Source: Pirellulales bacterium | Lineage (GTDB): Bacteria > Planctomycetota > Planctomycetia > Pirellulales > JAICIG01 | Direction: 5' to 3' | DNA: 64,000 nucleotides | Assembly (NCBI GenBank): GCA_040901675.1 | Contig: JBBDYJ010000035.1 | Location: 74,054-138,053, forward strand | Part shown: positions 1 through 10,899 of the stretch, piece by piece | How positions within the stretch are numbered: the stretch's first letter is position 1 | Layout of the letters: the number at the start of each line of letters is the position of its first letter | Position numbers and translations under genes: made by a program | Notes under the pieces: generated by a model | Database searches by the model: none | What the model was told of the DNA's origin: nothing | The model's input: the letters and a program-made list of their open reading frames with translations, nothing else

Positions 1-198
1 CACGCCGTAGCCGCGCGCCAGCACAGTCTCGCCATCCTTGACGACGGCGATCGCCAGCCCGGGGACCCTCCACGTGTCCATGGCCTCGCGAATGTACGCA
101 TCCATCCCCCCAAAGCGGTCGCCGCCCCGCGCGTTCTGCGGACCGAGTGCCAGCCAGCCCACCACCCCATACGATAAGAATCGCGCGGCGACGCTCAC
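1..198 (-). CDS. Serine hydrolase (beta-lactamase class C-like), 5' part only; runs off the window edge
   Basis: Manual translation from GTG at 198: MSVAARFLSYGVVGWLALG...MDAYIREAMDTWRVPGLAIAVVKDGETVLARGYGV. The VPGLAIAVVKDG...GYG motif is typical; AAAGGA RBS upstream. Not in the ORF track. Confidence 0.8.
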   Translation of the reverse strand, partial: MSVAARFLSYGVVGWLALGPQNARGGDRFGGMDAYIREAMDTWRVPGLAIAVVKDGETVLARGYGV

Positions 199-459
199 AA
201 TCCTTTCCCTTCGAGTTGGATGATAACCTCTGCGGCGTTGCCGGGCAGGCCACCGTGAAGGCCGGCGCGAACAAGAAGGCCGTTGCAATGTGGGCACCGA
301 TCGGCCGTCCCCGAGATACGTAGGCACGCAACCCCTTACCGCCAATGCAAGCCTAATTATATAGCGGGTTGCGCGTGCACCGGACAAGGAGGGGGGCGAG
401 ATTAGGATTGTGTGAGCGCCGCTGGAGGCACCGTGCAGATGGTCCGCACTCCCGTTGCA

Positions 460-1707
460 CTACCACTGAACCGGCAGGGCAACCAGCGCGCGGGTGCCGA
501 TGCGGGAGGAGAAGCGGATTTGGGAGCGGGGAACGGCCAACTGGAGTTGCGGGAGGCGGGTGAAGAGCCGCTCCAGGGCGATTGCCGTCTCGACCCGGGC
601 CAGCTTCGCGCCGAGGCAGACGTGGATGCCGGTGCCGAAGGCGAGGTGACGGTTCGGCTGGCGGTGGATGTCCAGCCGCTCGGGATCGTCGAAGACGCCC
701 GGATCGCTGTTGGCCGCCGCCAGGCAGCCAAAAAGCATCTGGCCGCGGCCGATCCGCTGGCCGCGGAACTCCGTGTCCTGGCGGGCGTAGCGGGGCTTCG
801 TGACCTGGGCAAACGAAATGTAGCGCAGCAGCTCCTGGGCCGCCGAGTCGGCCAGGCTCCAGTCGGCGGTCAGCTCGGCGAGCTGACGCGGATGGTCGAC
901 CAGTGCGAGCACGCTGAGGGCGATCTGGTGGAGTGTCGTTTCATGGCCGGCCGCCAGCAGCAGGAAGACCATCGCCACCAGTTCGTCCTCGCTGAGCCGG
1001 TCGCCGGCCTCCTCCGCCTCGATCAGGGCCGCCATCAGCCCGCCGCGCGGCCGCTTCGACTGCCGCCGGAACTCCGCGCGCACGTACTGCATCATTTCGC
1101 TGAGGCCGGTGAACATCCCCCAAAAAATGCCCAGGATGTTGGTTGACGTGGTGAAGCGTGAAGCCCAGCGGGTGAAGCTCGGACGGTCTTCAGGCGGCAG
1201 ACCGAGCATCTCGCAGATGACGGCCAGCGGGAAAGGTCGTGTAAAATGGGCGACTAGATCGACGCCGCCGGGGGAGCGGGCCGCCTGCCGGGCCAGCCCA
1301 TCCAGTGCCTCGTCGGCCAGCGCTTCCAGCCGCGGGCGAAGGGCCTCGACGCTCTGCCGCTGGAAGGCCTGATCGACGAGGCCGCGGAGGCGGCGATGGT
1401 CCGGCGGGTCGCGCAGCAGCATGTTGGTGGCCAGCGGCTTGAGGTTCCGCGGCAGCCAGCGGACGATGGTTCCCATCCAGCGGTTGCCGGCCGCGGTGGG
1501 GTTTTGCACGAAGCGATGATGATCGCGCAGCAGGTCGTTGACGGCGTCGTAGGTCGTGGCCATCCAGACCTTGCCGAACAGCGGGAACCGCACTCGGATC
1601 ACCGGCCCCAGCTCGCGCATCGCCGCCAGCGTGGGAAACGGATTCTGCTTGAACGCCTGTGAACACAGGTCGAATTCAAGGGCGGGCGGCTCGCTAGCGA
1701 TGCTCAT
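460..1707 (-). CDS. Cytochrome P450
   Basis: DPPDHRRLR, I-helix AAGHETT, ExxR (ELLR), heme motif FGTGIHVCLG; start set at ATG 1707 with a GAGGA RBS. Confidence 0.95.
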   Translation of the reverse strand: MSIASEPPALEFDLCSQAFKQNPFPTLAAMRELGPVIRVRFPLFGKVWMATTYDAVNDLLRDHHRFVQNPTAAGNRWMGTIVRWLPRNLKPLATNMLLRDPPDHRRLRGLVDQAFQRQSVEALRPRLEALADEALDGLARQAARSPGGVDLVAHFTRPFPLAVICEMLGLPPEDRPSFTRWASRFTTSTNILGIFWGMFTGLSEMMQYVRAEFRRQSKRPRGGLMAALIEAEEAGDRLSEDELVAMVFLLLAAGHETTLHQIALSVLALVDHPRQLAELTADWSLADSAAQELLRYISFAQVTKPRYARQDTEFRGQRIGRGQMLFGCLAAANSDPGVFDDPERLDIHRQPNRHLAFGTGIHVCLGAKLARVETAIALERLFTRLPQLQLAVPRSQIRFSSRIGTRALVALPVQW

Positions 1708-1879
1708 CGGACGTTCCTCGGCGCTGCGGAGGCTTGCCTCGTCATTGCCGTCTACCTCGTCCCACAGCATATCGGCAAACCGACACGCACGCGAACTTCG
1801 AAGGGAACCAAACCTCGTCGGCCTGCGTCCTAAGATATAGTCACCGAAGCACTTCGTCATTAGCGGGAAGGATACAGCC

Positions 1880-4195
1880 ATGACTGGTTCCTGCAGGCTC
1901 GTGATGTGCTTGTCCGCGTTGGCCGTGTGCCTGGCCTTCGCTGGCCCCGCGCTGGCTGACCAGCCCGGCGAGCCTGAATTCCGGCAGGCAGAAACGCTGC
2001 CGCGCGGAGCCATGATGCGCCTCGGGGAAAGGCTCGCCGACAAGCGTGACCCTGATGACGATAAGGCCGGCCCCAGCTCCGAATATCCTCTGGCGTTCTC
2101 GCCCGACGGATCGACCCTGGCGGCCGGCGATTACCCGGCCCGCTCGTGGGACCGATCGGTCGTGCTGTGGGATTTGAAAACAGGCAAAGAATCGCGGCGG
2201 CTGCACGTGGAGAAAGAGGTGCTCATGGGGCTGGCTTTTTCCCCCGACGGAGACACTCTGGCCTGGGGCGGCTACGGCAAGATCCACCTCTGGGATCTCG
2301 CGACGGGCACGAAGCGCGTGCAATTGGAAACGCAAGAGCGGACGAATATCGGCTCAGTCGCATTCTCTGCGGACGGTAAGCGAATTGCCGCCATCGGGGG
2401 AAAGCACGTCCACATTTGGGAGGCTGCGACGGGGCAGGAAATCGGGCGCTTCACCGGCGACGGTGGCTGGGCACGCGCGGTCGCGATTTCTTCTGACGGC
2501 CAAGCCTTCGCAGCGGCGATCGGCACGAGCGTCCACGTCTGGGAGATCGAATCGGGCCGGCAACGGCGGCATCTGCCGGAGGCCGCCGGCAAATGGGGCG
2601 CGAGCGCCGTCGCGTTTTCGCCGGACGGGAAGTTGCTGCTCTCGGCCGGCGACAAGCGGCTTCAGCTTTGGGACGCGGCCACTTGGGAAAATCGCCTGAG
2701 GCGCGACTTCGAGTCGGCCCATTTGTTTGCGGCGGCGTTCGCCCCTGACGGAAAAACGTTCGCCGCCGGTGACGGCTTCGCGGTCCGCTTCTGGAATACG
2801 GACTCGGGCCGGGAGTTCTTCAGCTTCGAGCCCTATGGCCAGGCGAGCGACTTCTCCGCGTTCGCGTTTTCGCCGGATGGAAAGACGTTCGCCACGGTGG
2901 ACGATCGAGGGGCGGTGCTCATCTGGGATAGGGAGAGACTCCCGAATTATCCTCCGGCGAGCTCGCCGGACGGCCTGCCGGTCGGCCGGTGGGTGATCGA
3001 GTTCGCCAACGGTGTCGTGGAGACATGCGAGATCCGGAGTGATGGAACGGCTGCCGTCGCCGAGCCGAACCGCAACTCCGGCGGCAGGGTGGCCAGCGGC
3101 GAGGGGGCGGTCGTGATCGCCTTCGATGACGACCGAGTCGAGCGCTGGACGCCGATCGGCCAGCGCATCGTCGTTGAACACTGGTACCCGGCAGACAACT
3201 TCCCGTGCGCAACACCCGTTCTGGGCATCGCCCATCGCGCGTTGACGCACGATGGCGTGCCCGTGGAGGAGAAGGACGGTTTATCGGCCCTGCCGATCGA
3301 CGACGGGCGGCAGGCGTTTTTCAAAGCCATCGCCGAGGGGCGATTCGACGACGTCGCCCAGGCCATCCAGGCCGACCCGCAGCTTGTCCACGCCACGTAC
3401 CAATACGGCGGAACGCCGCTATTCTGGGCGGCCTTCTCCGGCCAGGAGCAGATTGCGGCCTTGCTCCTGGAGCAGGGGGCCGAGGTCGATGCTCGCGGCA
3501 TTGAATCCGCCACGCCGCTGTACGTGGCCAGCGAGCGAGGACATGCCGGCACGGCGAAGCTCCTCCTGGACCACAAGGCCAACGTCGAGGCCGCGAACGA
3601 GCGCGGCCTCACGCCCTTGTACGCCGCGGTGTCGCGGGGCCACGAGGAGGTGGTGGAGATTCTGCTCATAGGCGGCGCCAATCCCAGTGGTCCTGCGGCC
3701 GAACCGGGGCGTCGGGCCGTTCACGCCAGCGGCCGCGACAGTCCGCTGATGCTCGCCGTGTCGTCAGCCACACGGCGGACTGCCAGGACGGCGTTGACTC
3801 GCGAAGCCCAGCAGCGCCAGAAAGAGCGTCGGCAGGCAGCCCGCCGAATCGCCAAGGCGTTGATCGCTCACCCCGAGTCCGAACTCAACCAGCTCTACAT
3901 GGGCCAGCAGACTCCACTTCACATGACAGCGGCCGCGGGCGACGTGGAGCTTACGCGTCTGTTGCTGGAGCATGGCGCCGATCCGAATCTGCGGGATGGC
4001 CCGCCGCAGACGCGCAGACACCCGCACCCTTACTTCTCCACGCCCCTGCACTATGCCGCCAGCGCGGGCAACACGGAGCTGATGGAGCTGCTCGAGCGGC
4101 ACGGGGCGAGCCCGGACATCAAGAACAGTCTCGGCCAGACACCCGCCGACCTGCTGCGGGAGAAAATGCGCGAAAAGAAAAGGCGAAAGCAGTAG
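1880..4195 (+). CDS. Secreted WD40-repeat plus ankyrin-repeat protein
   Basis: Signal peptide; repeated AFSPDG...WD units; C-terminal ankyrin repeats (GGTPLFWAA, TPLHMTAAAG, TPLHYAASAG). Confidence 0.9.
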   Translation: MTGSCRLVMCLSALAVCLAFAGPALADQPGEPEFRQAETLPRGAMMRLGERLADKRDPDDDKAGPSSEYPLAFSPDGSTLAAGDYPARSWDRSVVLWDLKTGKESRRLHVEKEVLMGLAFSPDGDTLAWGGYGKIHLWDLATGTKRVQLETQERTNIGSVAFSADGKRIAAIGGKHVHIWEAATGQEIGRFTGDGGWARAVAISSDGQAFAAAIGTSVHVWEIESGRQRRHLPEAAGKWGASAVAFSPDGKLLLSAGDKRLQLWDAATWENRLRRDFESAHLFAAAFAPDGKTFAAGDGFAVRFWNTDSGREFFSFEPYGQASDFSAFAFSPDGKTFATVDDRGAVLIWDRERLPNYPPASSPDGLPVGRWVIEFANGVVETCEIRSDGTAAVAEPNRNSGGRVASGEGAVVIAFDDDRVERWTPIGQRIVVEHWYPADNFPCATPVLGIAHRALTHDGVPVEEKDGLSALPIDDGRQAFFKAIAEGRFDDVAQAIQADPQLVHATYQYGGTPLFWAAFSGQEQIAALLLEQGAEVDARGIESATPLYVASERGHAGTAKLLLDHKANVEAANERGLTPLYAAVSRGHEEVVEILLIGGANPSGPAAEPGRRAVHASGRDSPLMLAVSSATRRTARTALTREAQQRQKERRQAARRIAKALIAHPESELNQLYMGQQTPLHMTAAAGDVELTRLLLEHGADPNLRDGPPQTRRHPHPYFSTPLHYAASAGNTELMELLERHGASPDIKNSLGQTPADLLREKMREKKRRKQ

Positions 4196-4437
4196 GCCGT
4201 GCAACGTCCCAGAGCGCGTGGCACCGGCGAACGCAAACGGGCAGCACGGACCACCAGACGTGTGTCCGCTTGGCGGCTTTTGCTCCTCGCGGCACAACAC
4301 TTGCCATTCAATGCGACCACTCATTCCGTGCCCGCACCCATCGAAATGCGCCTGCTTCCCTCCACGTGGGCGATCGATCGCCGTTGTTGGCGAGTAAGAC
4401 AGGGCATCGCTCGACAGCGTCGTGCGGAGTCGTCCTA

Positions 4438-5610
4438 ATGTCGGTTATGTCGGCCAGCGCGAACCCACCTTCGGCCAGCGGAACTTTCAGGATCTTTCTC
4501 TGCGGCGACGTCATGACGGGCCGCGGAATCGACCAGATCCTGCCGCATCCGTGCGATCCCACGCTGCACGAGCCGTATGTCCTGGATGCACGGCGCTATG
4601 TGCAGCTCGCGGAAGAGGTGCACGGAATGATTCACTGGCCGGTCGACGAAAGCTACATCTGGGGTGATGCCCTCGAGGTGTGCGACCGCATGGGGCCTGA
4701 TTTCCGGATCGTCAACCTGGAGACCGCCATCACCACCAGCGACCGCTATTGGCCGGGCAAAGCGATCCATTACCGCATGTCGCCGCGGAACGTCGGCTGC
4801 CTGACCGCTGCCCGCATCGACTGTTGCGCCTTGGCGAACAATCACCTGCTCGATTGGGGGTCGGAGGGCATGCTGGAGACGCTGGAGACGTTGCGGCGCT
4901 TTGGCATCAAGGCAGCCGGGGCAGGCAGGGACCGGTCGGAAGCTGAGTCCCCGGCGACGCTCGAACTGCCCGGAAACGGGCGCGTTCTCGTCTTCTCATT
5001 TGGAACACCGACGAGCGGGATCCCCTTGGAGTGGGCGGCAACCGACGACCGGCCCGGCGTCCATCTCCTGCCCGATTTGTCGGCGACGACGGCACGGGCG
5101 GTCAGCCAACTCGTTGCACGGCACCGGTGTGGCGGCGACATCGTCGTGGCCTCCATCCACTGGGGTGGAAACTGGGGCTACACGATCCCCGGCAGCCAGC
5201 GGCAGTTTGCGCGCCGGCTTGTCGACGAGGCGGGAGTGGCCGTTGTCCACGGCCACTCCTCGCACCATGTCCAGGGGATCGAAGTTTATCGGGATCGGCT
5301 CATCCTTTACGGCTGCGGCGACTTCCTGACCGATTATGAGGGCATTCGCGGACACGAAGACTTTCGGCCCGATTTGGCGCTCATGTACTTTGCGGACATC
5401 GAGACAAGCTGGCCGGGACGCCTTGTCCGCCTGCAAATGGCGCCCTTGCAGTCCTATCGCTTTCGGCTGCGCCGCGCCACGAACGACGACACCCTAGAGA
5501 TCTCGAATACTCTTAACCGCGAAGGGCTTTCGTTCGGAACTCGCGTTCGGCTGGACAGCCACGGCATGCTGGAGCTCCAGTGGGGCAGGGCCGCTCCCGA
5601 ACAGGCTTAA
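4438..5610 (+). CDS. CapA/PgsA-family metallophosphatase-fold protein
   Basis: GDVMTGRG, VNLETAIT, LANNHLLDWG, SIHWG, HGHSSHH and YGCGDF motifs. Confidence 0.9.
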   Translation: MSVMSASANPPSASGTFRIFLCGDVMTGRGIDQILPHPCDPTLHEPYVLDARRYVQLAEEVHGMIHWPVDESYIWGDALEVCDRMGPDFRIVNLETAITTSDRYWPGKAIHYRMSPRNVGCLTAARIDCCALANNHLLDWGSEGMLETLETLRRFGIKAAGAGRDRSEAESPATLELPGNGRVLVFSFGTPTSGIPLEWAATDDRPGVHLLPDLSATTARAVSQLVARHRCGGDIVVASIHWGGNWGYTIPGSQRQFARRLVDEAGVAVVHGHSSHHVQGIEVYRDRLILYGCGDFLTDYEGIRGHEDFRPDLALMYFADIETSWPGRLVRLQMAPLQSYRFRLRRATNDDTLEISNTLNREGLSFGTRVRLDSHGMLELQWGRAAPEQA

Positions 5611-5646
5611 ACTAGAGCGGGGCAACGAAAACGGAGGGAATGTTCA

Positions 5647-6123
5647 ATGTCTGACGCATCACTTCGGGACCATCTCCTTTACCTGCTGCGTGGGGGCGGG
5701 GCGCATTTGAGCTTCGACGACGCCATCGCAGGTCTTCCCGTCAAATTAAGAGCAGCCAAGGTCGACGGCGTCCCGCACACGCCTTGGCGTCTGCTCGAAC
5801 ACCTGCGGATCTGTCAGTGGGACATTCTTGAGTTCTCCAGAAACGCCGGCCACGTTTCGCCTGACTTTCCGGATGGCTACTGGCCCAAGACCGATGGTCC
5901 GCCAGAACCGGGAGCATGGGACCGCAGCGTTGAAGCCTTTCGAGCCGACTTGAAGGCCATGACCGATCTGGTCGTCGATCCAAAGACCGATCTGTTCGCG
6001 CCGATCCCGCACGGCGACGGCCAGACCATTCTTCGAGAGGCTCTCTTGATCGCGGATCACAACGCTTACCATTTGGGCCAATTGGTCCTGCTCCGCCGAT
6101 GCCTGGGTGCCTGGAAAGACTGA
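5647..6123 (+). CDS. DinB-family protein
   Basis: GGGAH...[16 protein letters not shown]...DHNAYHLGQ; GGAGG RBS. Confidence 0.85.
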   Translation: MSDASLRDHLLYLLRGGGAHLSFDDAIAGLPVKLRAAKVDGVPHTPWRLLEHLRICQWDILEFSRNAGHVSPDFPDGYWPKTDGPPEPGAWDRSVEAFRADLKAMTDLVVDPKTDLFAPIPHGDGQTILREALLIADHNAYHLGQLVLLRRCLGAWKD

Positions 6124-6147
6124 TGACCTGAGCAGCGTTCCGCGCCG

Positions 6148-7500
6148 TCACACCTCCGGATGCTTCCACGGCTTGCGGTACGGCCGCCGCAGTAGCTCGT
6201 TGGCTTCGGCGTCGCCGGCGACTTGTCCCGTTTCAGCGTCCCAGGCGAGCGCTCGGCCGAGCTGCATCGACAGGTTGGCCAGGATGCAGCTTGCCGTGGA
6301 GATGTGCCCTTGCTCGATGTCGGCGACCGGTTTCGTGCGGTTGACAACGGCGTGCACAAAGTCGCGCTGGTGGGCCCGGTTGGCGGTGGCGGCGTGCAGC
6401 TCCATGTCTTCCTCGGTCTTGTCTTCCGGGTACTTGTCCTCGGGGTCGAAGGCGGCCGTCCCCGACAATTCCGCCTCCCTCTTTCCGATCGGGATGAAGT
6501 CGTAGCGGTGAACGTCCAGCTTCAGCGTCCCCTTCTCGCCATGGATAAAGGCGGCCCAGGGATAATCGGGATTAGGCGGGTTGCCCCAGGTCCGGTGCTG
6601 CCAGACGACCGCCAGGTCGCCGAAGTCGAAGGTGGCCGCCTGCGTGTCGGCCGTGTTCGATTTGCCTCCCTTCTGCACCAGGATGCCGCCCGTCGATGAA
6701 ATCCTCAGCGGCCAGCCCAGGTCGAGCATCCACCGCACCATGTCGAGCATGTGGATGCACATGTCGCCCATGATGCCGTTGCCGTATTCCATGAACGTCC
6801 GCCACCAGCGCTTGTGGGGCAACCCGTCGTAGGGCCGCAGCGCCGCGGGGCCGGTCCACATCTCGTAGTCCAGGTGCTCCGGCGGACTGGTGACCGGCGG
6901 ATCGCCGTTGGCCCGCATGTGATAGTAGCAGCAGACCTCCACGTGGCCGATTTTTCCCAGGCGGCCTTCCTTGATGACTCGATCCCGCGCCTCGACGAGG
7001 TGGGGCGTGCTGCGGCGCTGCGTGCCGACCTGCACGACGCGGCCATGCTCGCGGGCGGCGGCCACCATCGCCTGCCCCTCGACCACGTCGATGCTGATCG
7101 GCTTTTGCACGTAGATATCCGCCCCCGCTTCGCAGGCGGCAATCATCGCCAGGGCGTGCCAGTGGTCGGGCGTGCCGACGAGAACGATGTCGAGGTCCTT
7201 CTCCTTGAGCATCTCGCGGTAGTCCCCGTAGAGCCGCGGCCTTTTCTTCGACGTTTGCCGCTCGGAAACAATCTGGGCGGCCCCCTCGAGCTGCTTCTGG
7301 TCCACGTCGCACAGCGAGACGACATCGACGGGTGCCACCTGGATCAGGCGGAACAGGTCGTTCTTGCCATACCAGCCGCAGCCGATGAGCCCCACGCGCC
7401 TGGGCTTCTGGTCGGCAATCTCCTCGGCCAAGAGCCGGCGCGAGGCGGCGAGCGACAAACCGGCGGCCGTCGTGGCGGTCAGAAAACGTCGGCGGTCCAT
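6148..7500 (-). CDS. Gfo/Idh/MocA oxidoreductase with Tat signal
   Basis: MDRRRFL Tat motif; GLIGCGWYG, TPDHWH, YVQKP, QVGTQRRS. Confidence 0.92.
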   Translation of the reverse strand: MDRRRFLTATTAAGLSLAASRRLLAEEIADQKPRRVGLIGCGWYGKNDLFRLIQVAPVDVVSLCDVDQKQLEGAAQIVSERQTSKKRPRLYGDYREMLKEKDLDIVLVGTPDHWHALAMIAACEAGADIYVQKPISIDVVEGQAMVAAAREHGRVVQVGTQRRSTPHLVEARDRVIKEGRLGKIGHVEVCCYYHMRANGDPPVTSPPEHLDYEMWTGPAALRPYDGLPHKRWWRTFMEYGNGIMGDMCIHMLDMVRWMLDLGWPLRISSTGGILVQKGGKSNTADTQAATFDFGDLAVVWQHRTWGNPPNPDYPWAAFIHGEKGTLKLDVHRYDFIPIGKREAELSGTAAFDPEDKYPEDKTEEDMELHAATANRAHQRDFVHAVVNRTKPVADIEQGHISTASCILANLSMQLGRALAWDAETGQVAGDAEANELLRRPYRKPWKHPEV

Positions 7501-7733
7501 GGAAAACCTCCTGGAGAAGAGCTGTGGCCATGAGAACTTGGGCACCCGCCATTATCCCAGAAAGCCGCGCCAGATGCAGCCAGCCCTCGTCAAATCGGCG
7601 ATCGTCGCGGCGATTGGTGGCCGCCGGCGCCTACTTCGTGCCTCGACGGCGACCGCCGTCACGCCTTGTCGTCCTTCCCGGCTAGCCAGCCAAGCAGCCC
7701 CTTGGTTCGCCGCTCGTTGCCTGGTCGTTGCGA

Positions 7734-10442
7734 CTAAACCCGCACGGCCGTGCCGTCGGCGGGCACGGGCGGCGAGTTGAAGTACTCGTCGGTATCGAGA
7801 ATCTGCGTCTGGATATCGCGCTGCGAAGCTCCCTGCTGCAACTGCGACACAAAGGGAGCAATTTCGGCGTCGCTCGTCGGCTGGCGGTTGAGGTATTGCT
7901 GGAACCAATCGGTTACCAGGTTGCGGAAGTTCTCGTCGCTTTTGACAAAGCCCAGCACCACCTGCTCCCGGCCGAGCCTGCCATTGTCAAGGTGGTCCGT
8001 CCAGAAGTCGAGCCCTTGCTGGTCGGGCTCGCGGTTCAATAATCGGCGATACATCTCGGTGACCCACAGTCGGTTGGTGCCTCCAGCCGAAGCGAAGAAC
8101 TCCGGTGAGCTGATCATCCCGGCAATCACGTTGTCCGGCTCCCCCTCAACCTGCCAGCGAGTGCGCCAAAACACCAGCCCTTCTTGCTCGGGCTCGCGGA
8201 GCAGGAAATCGCGGTAGAACTGCGAGACGATCGGATCGAGCCGCTCCGCGCTCAGGAAGATGCCGGCAGCCACGTTGCCCAGGCTGGCCTCGCCGGAGTC
8301 AATACGACGCGACCAGAATTCCCAGCCGCTGGGCTCGACACCCCGTCCCAGGATCTGCAAATACAGCTTCTCGACGAGAGCCGCCGTATGGGAGAGCAGC
8401 ACCACGGGAGTCGCATCGCTCGTGGCCACGCCATCGTCCGCCTGGTAGCTGAACGAATCGAAGCCCCAAAAGCCGGTGCCGGGCGCGTAGGTGAACGATC
8501 CGTCGGCCAACAGGCTGAGCGTGCCGAACTGTGTCTGCGTGGCCTCTTGCGCCGCCAATGCATCGCCGTCGGCGTCGCTATCGTTCGAGAGGACGCTGCC
8601 GGTGGAGTTCACGGCGGCGCCGCTGCCAACGAGGAATCGATCGGCCACGGCTTGCGGGGCGACATTGGCCACGATCGTGAACAGGTAGTCTTCCACTTCG
8701 CCGTCCGGCGCTGCGCCACGCGGGCTGAGGCCGCCGGCGGTGCTCAGCCGAAATCGTGCGAAGGTGTCGCCAAACGCGGCATCGGCCGGAACGTCGAAGT
8801 TCAGCGGATTGCCGCCGGCGGAGAGCAAAAGATCGGTCGCGATCTGCTCGCCAACGTCATCCCAATCGCCGTCGGCGTTGAAGTCGATCCAGGCGTTCAA
8901 CAACCCGGGAGCGGAAGCCGTCACCGTGAGTTCCGCGGACTGCTCGCGAGCCAGTGCAAAATCGCCGGTTACGCCATCTTCGTCATCCGCCCCGGCACCG
9001 TCGTCGCCCAGTGCGTCCGGACTGGGTTGTCCATCGGCCTCGGCATCTACCGTGGCGCCCAAAGACAGACCGGAACCGATAACGTGCCACGGGCCGTCGT
9101 TCTCCAACAGCGTAGGATACCTGCCGTCCACACCGGCCACTGGATCGGGCGCATCGCCGAAGTCAAAGGTGAGGCCATCCACCTCGTAGGCGCCGATGTC
9201 CACGCTCGCGCCCACTTCGCGCGGAAATCCGCTGCCGCGCTGATCGTTGAGCAGCGAGAGCGGATTGTCGCCCGCGTCGATGGCCGGGCTGTCCGGTCCC
9301 AGCGCATGCGTCAGCACGCCGCCGCCGTAGTCGGCCAAGGGCGCCAGCCGTGGATCCTGTTCTGTAATGTTGCCGCTGTCGGTGCCGTTGATCGTGCCCG
9401 CGGGAATGTTCTCCAGCAGGCTGTTCGACACGTCCAAGGCGCCGAAGGCACGGTGGATGTCGTTGGGGCCGGTCGAGTCGGCGTTGTCGGCCACGATCGT
9501 GCTCACCAGCGTCACGTCGCCGGCCACAAGTTGGATGCCGCCGCCCACACCGCCGTTGTCGTTATTGAGATCCGAAACATTGTCGGCGATCGTACTGTTG
9601 CGGATCGTGGCCGCGCCGGCAGGGGAGTTGAAGTTCAGACCGCCGCCATCGTCGCCCGACCTATTGCCCGAGATCGTGCTCTGCGTGATTTGCAGCGTGA
9701 CGAAGCTATTGTTGGCGATGACCATGGCGCCGCCGAATTGAGCCGCCTGGTTATCGGCAAAGGTGCTGTCCACCACCGTCATGCTGCCGTTGTTGGCCCG
9801 GTAGTCCACCGCCCCGCTGTCGTTGACCGAGGTGTTGCCAATGAAGCTGCTGGAAAAAATCAGCAGGTCCCCGCCCCCGCCGGCGACAGCCACTGCGCCG
9901 CCCCGGCTGCTCTGATTGCCCACGAGCAGGCTGTTCTCGATGCGCAAGGTGGCGCCGAAGTTGCTGAAAATGGCCCCGCCGAAGTTGCTGAAAATGGCCC
10001 CGCCGAAGGTCGCCTGGCCCCCGGTAAGCGTAAGGCCGTCGATCTCCACCGTGCCGCTGGTCGCCGTCACGTGGAACAACCGCGACTTCGCCTGGGCATC
10101 GATTGTCAACTGCTCGGCTCCGGGGCCGGCGATGGTGAGCGGATTGGAGATTTCCATCTGGCCCCGCGACAGTTCGATCGATCCGCTCAGACGGGAGGCG
10201 AACTGCACCGTGTCGGCGTCGGCGGTGAGATTAGCCTGCTCGATCGCTTCGCGCAGCGTGAAGTCGCCGGCGCTGAAGTCGCCGTCGCTCTCGTCGGCCA
10301 GCGAATCCACCGTAAACACGGTGGCTAGCATCCGCCGATTTTCCAGCCGCTCAAACCCCCGCCGATCAACCCTGCCGGGCCGGTTGCGGAGACGGCCCGA
10401 AGAGCGGCTTTGCCGCGTGGGCCTTCTGGTGAGCCAGTGCAT
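7734..10442 (-). CDS. Planctomycete extracellular protein (CSLREA-like, beta-helix/choice-of-anchor Q, GEVED, Ig-like, DUF4214-like)
   Basis: FERLENRRMLA, FTLREAI, SPAIDAG...DQRG...DIGAYE, DFGDAP...GEVEDY, VLSNDSDADGD, C-terminal LYxxLLxREP repeats. Confidence 0.88.
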   Translation of the reverse strand: MHWLTRRPTRQSRSSGRLRNRPGRVDRRGFERLENRRMLATVFTVDSLADESDGDFSAGDFTLREAIEQANLTADADTVQFASRLSGSIELSRGQMEISNPLTIAGPGAEQLTIDAQAKSRLFHVTATSGTVEIDGLTLTGGQATFGGAIFSNFGGAIFSNFGATLRIENSLLVGNQSSRGGAVAVAGGGGDLLIFSSSFIGNTSVNDSGAVDYRANNGSMTVVDSTFADNQAAQFGGAMVIANNSFVTLQITQSTISGNRSGDDGGGLNFNSPAGAATIRNSTIADNVSDLNNDNGGVGGGIQLVAGDVTLVSTIVADNADSTGPNDIHRAFGALDVSNSLLENIPAGTINGTDSGNITEQDPRLAPLADYGGGVLTHALGPDSPAIDAGDNPLSLLNDQRGSGFPREVGASVDIGAYEVDGLTFDFGDAPDPVAGVDGRYPTLLENDGPWHVIGSGLSLGATVDAEADGQPSPDALGDDGAGADDEDGVTGDFALAREQSAELTVTASAPGLLNAWIDFNADGDWDDVGEQIATDLLLSAGGNPLNFDVPADAAFGDTFARFRLSTAGGLSPRGAAPDGEVEDYLFTIVANVAPQAVADRFLVGSGAAVNSTGSVLSNDSDADGDALAAQEATQTQFGTLSLLADGSFTYAPGTGFWGFDSFSYQADDGVATSDATPVVLLSHTAALVEKLYLQILGRGVEPSGWEFWSRRIDSGEASLGNVAAGIFLSAERLDPIVSQFYRDFLLREPEQEGLVFWRTRWQVEGEPDNVIAGMISSPEFFASAGGTNRLWVTEMYRRLLNREPDQQGLDFWTDHLDNGRLGREQVVLGFVKSDENFRNLVTDWFQQYLNRQPTSDAEIAPFVSQLQQGASQRDIQTQILDTDEYFNSPPVPADGTAVRV
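9953..10008. repeat. Perfect 24-bp in-frame tandem duplication (GGAIFSNF x2)
   Basis: CGCCGAAGTTGCTGAAAATGGCCC at 9953-9976 and 9977-10000, plus a partial third copy. Confidence 0.9.
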
Positions 10443-10899
10443 TCAGCACCTCCGTTCGTTATCGACGTCTCGGAGTTGACGTCCGCCGCGCAGCGGGCCT
10501 CTCGATCCTTCCCGCGACGGCTTGCGGCAATGGGCGACTCCCACTCTAGGAAGGCAGGCCGCGAGATACAACCAAAAACTCGGATATTTCGGAGTTTTTT
10601 TCATGTCGCAAGTCTGCACCCGCCGTGCTGCCGGGATACGGCAATTTGAGAGAGGCAGCGAGCTTCGTGAGAAGCGCTCAGTGCATTGAGAGCAATTTGC
10701 CACCTGGTATTTCTCCCGGTCTGCCGCTGGTTCTCCGAGTCCGTGGGGCAATCTTGATCCCCGCCTGCCTTGCGGCCGTTCTCATTTGCATTATGCACGC
10801 ATCGGTCGTTGAACTGCTGTCTGGCCGCTGGTTAGAATGGGGGGGCCGAGCAGAACCGCTTACCTGACAGAACACGTCTGTTCTTGCGGAGGAAAAACG

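Noticed and set aside
4438-5610. Poly-gamma-glutamate capsule locus
   Set aside because: Only a CapA-family gene is present; no capB or capC nearby.
10574-10599. AAAAACTC-N10-GAGTTTTT inverted repeat as a terminator
   Set aside because: Weak stem between divergent genes; it could be an operator, but there is no supporting evidence.
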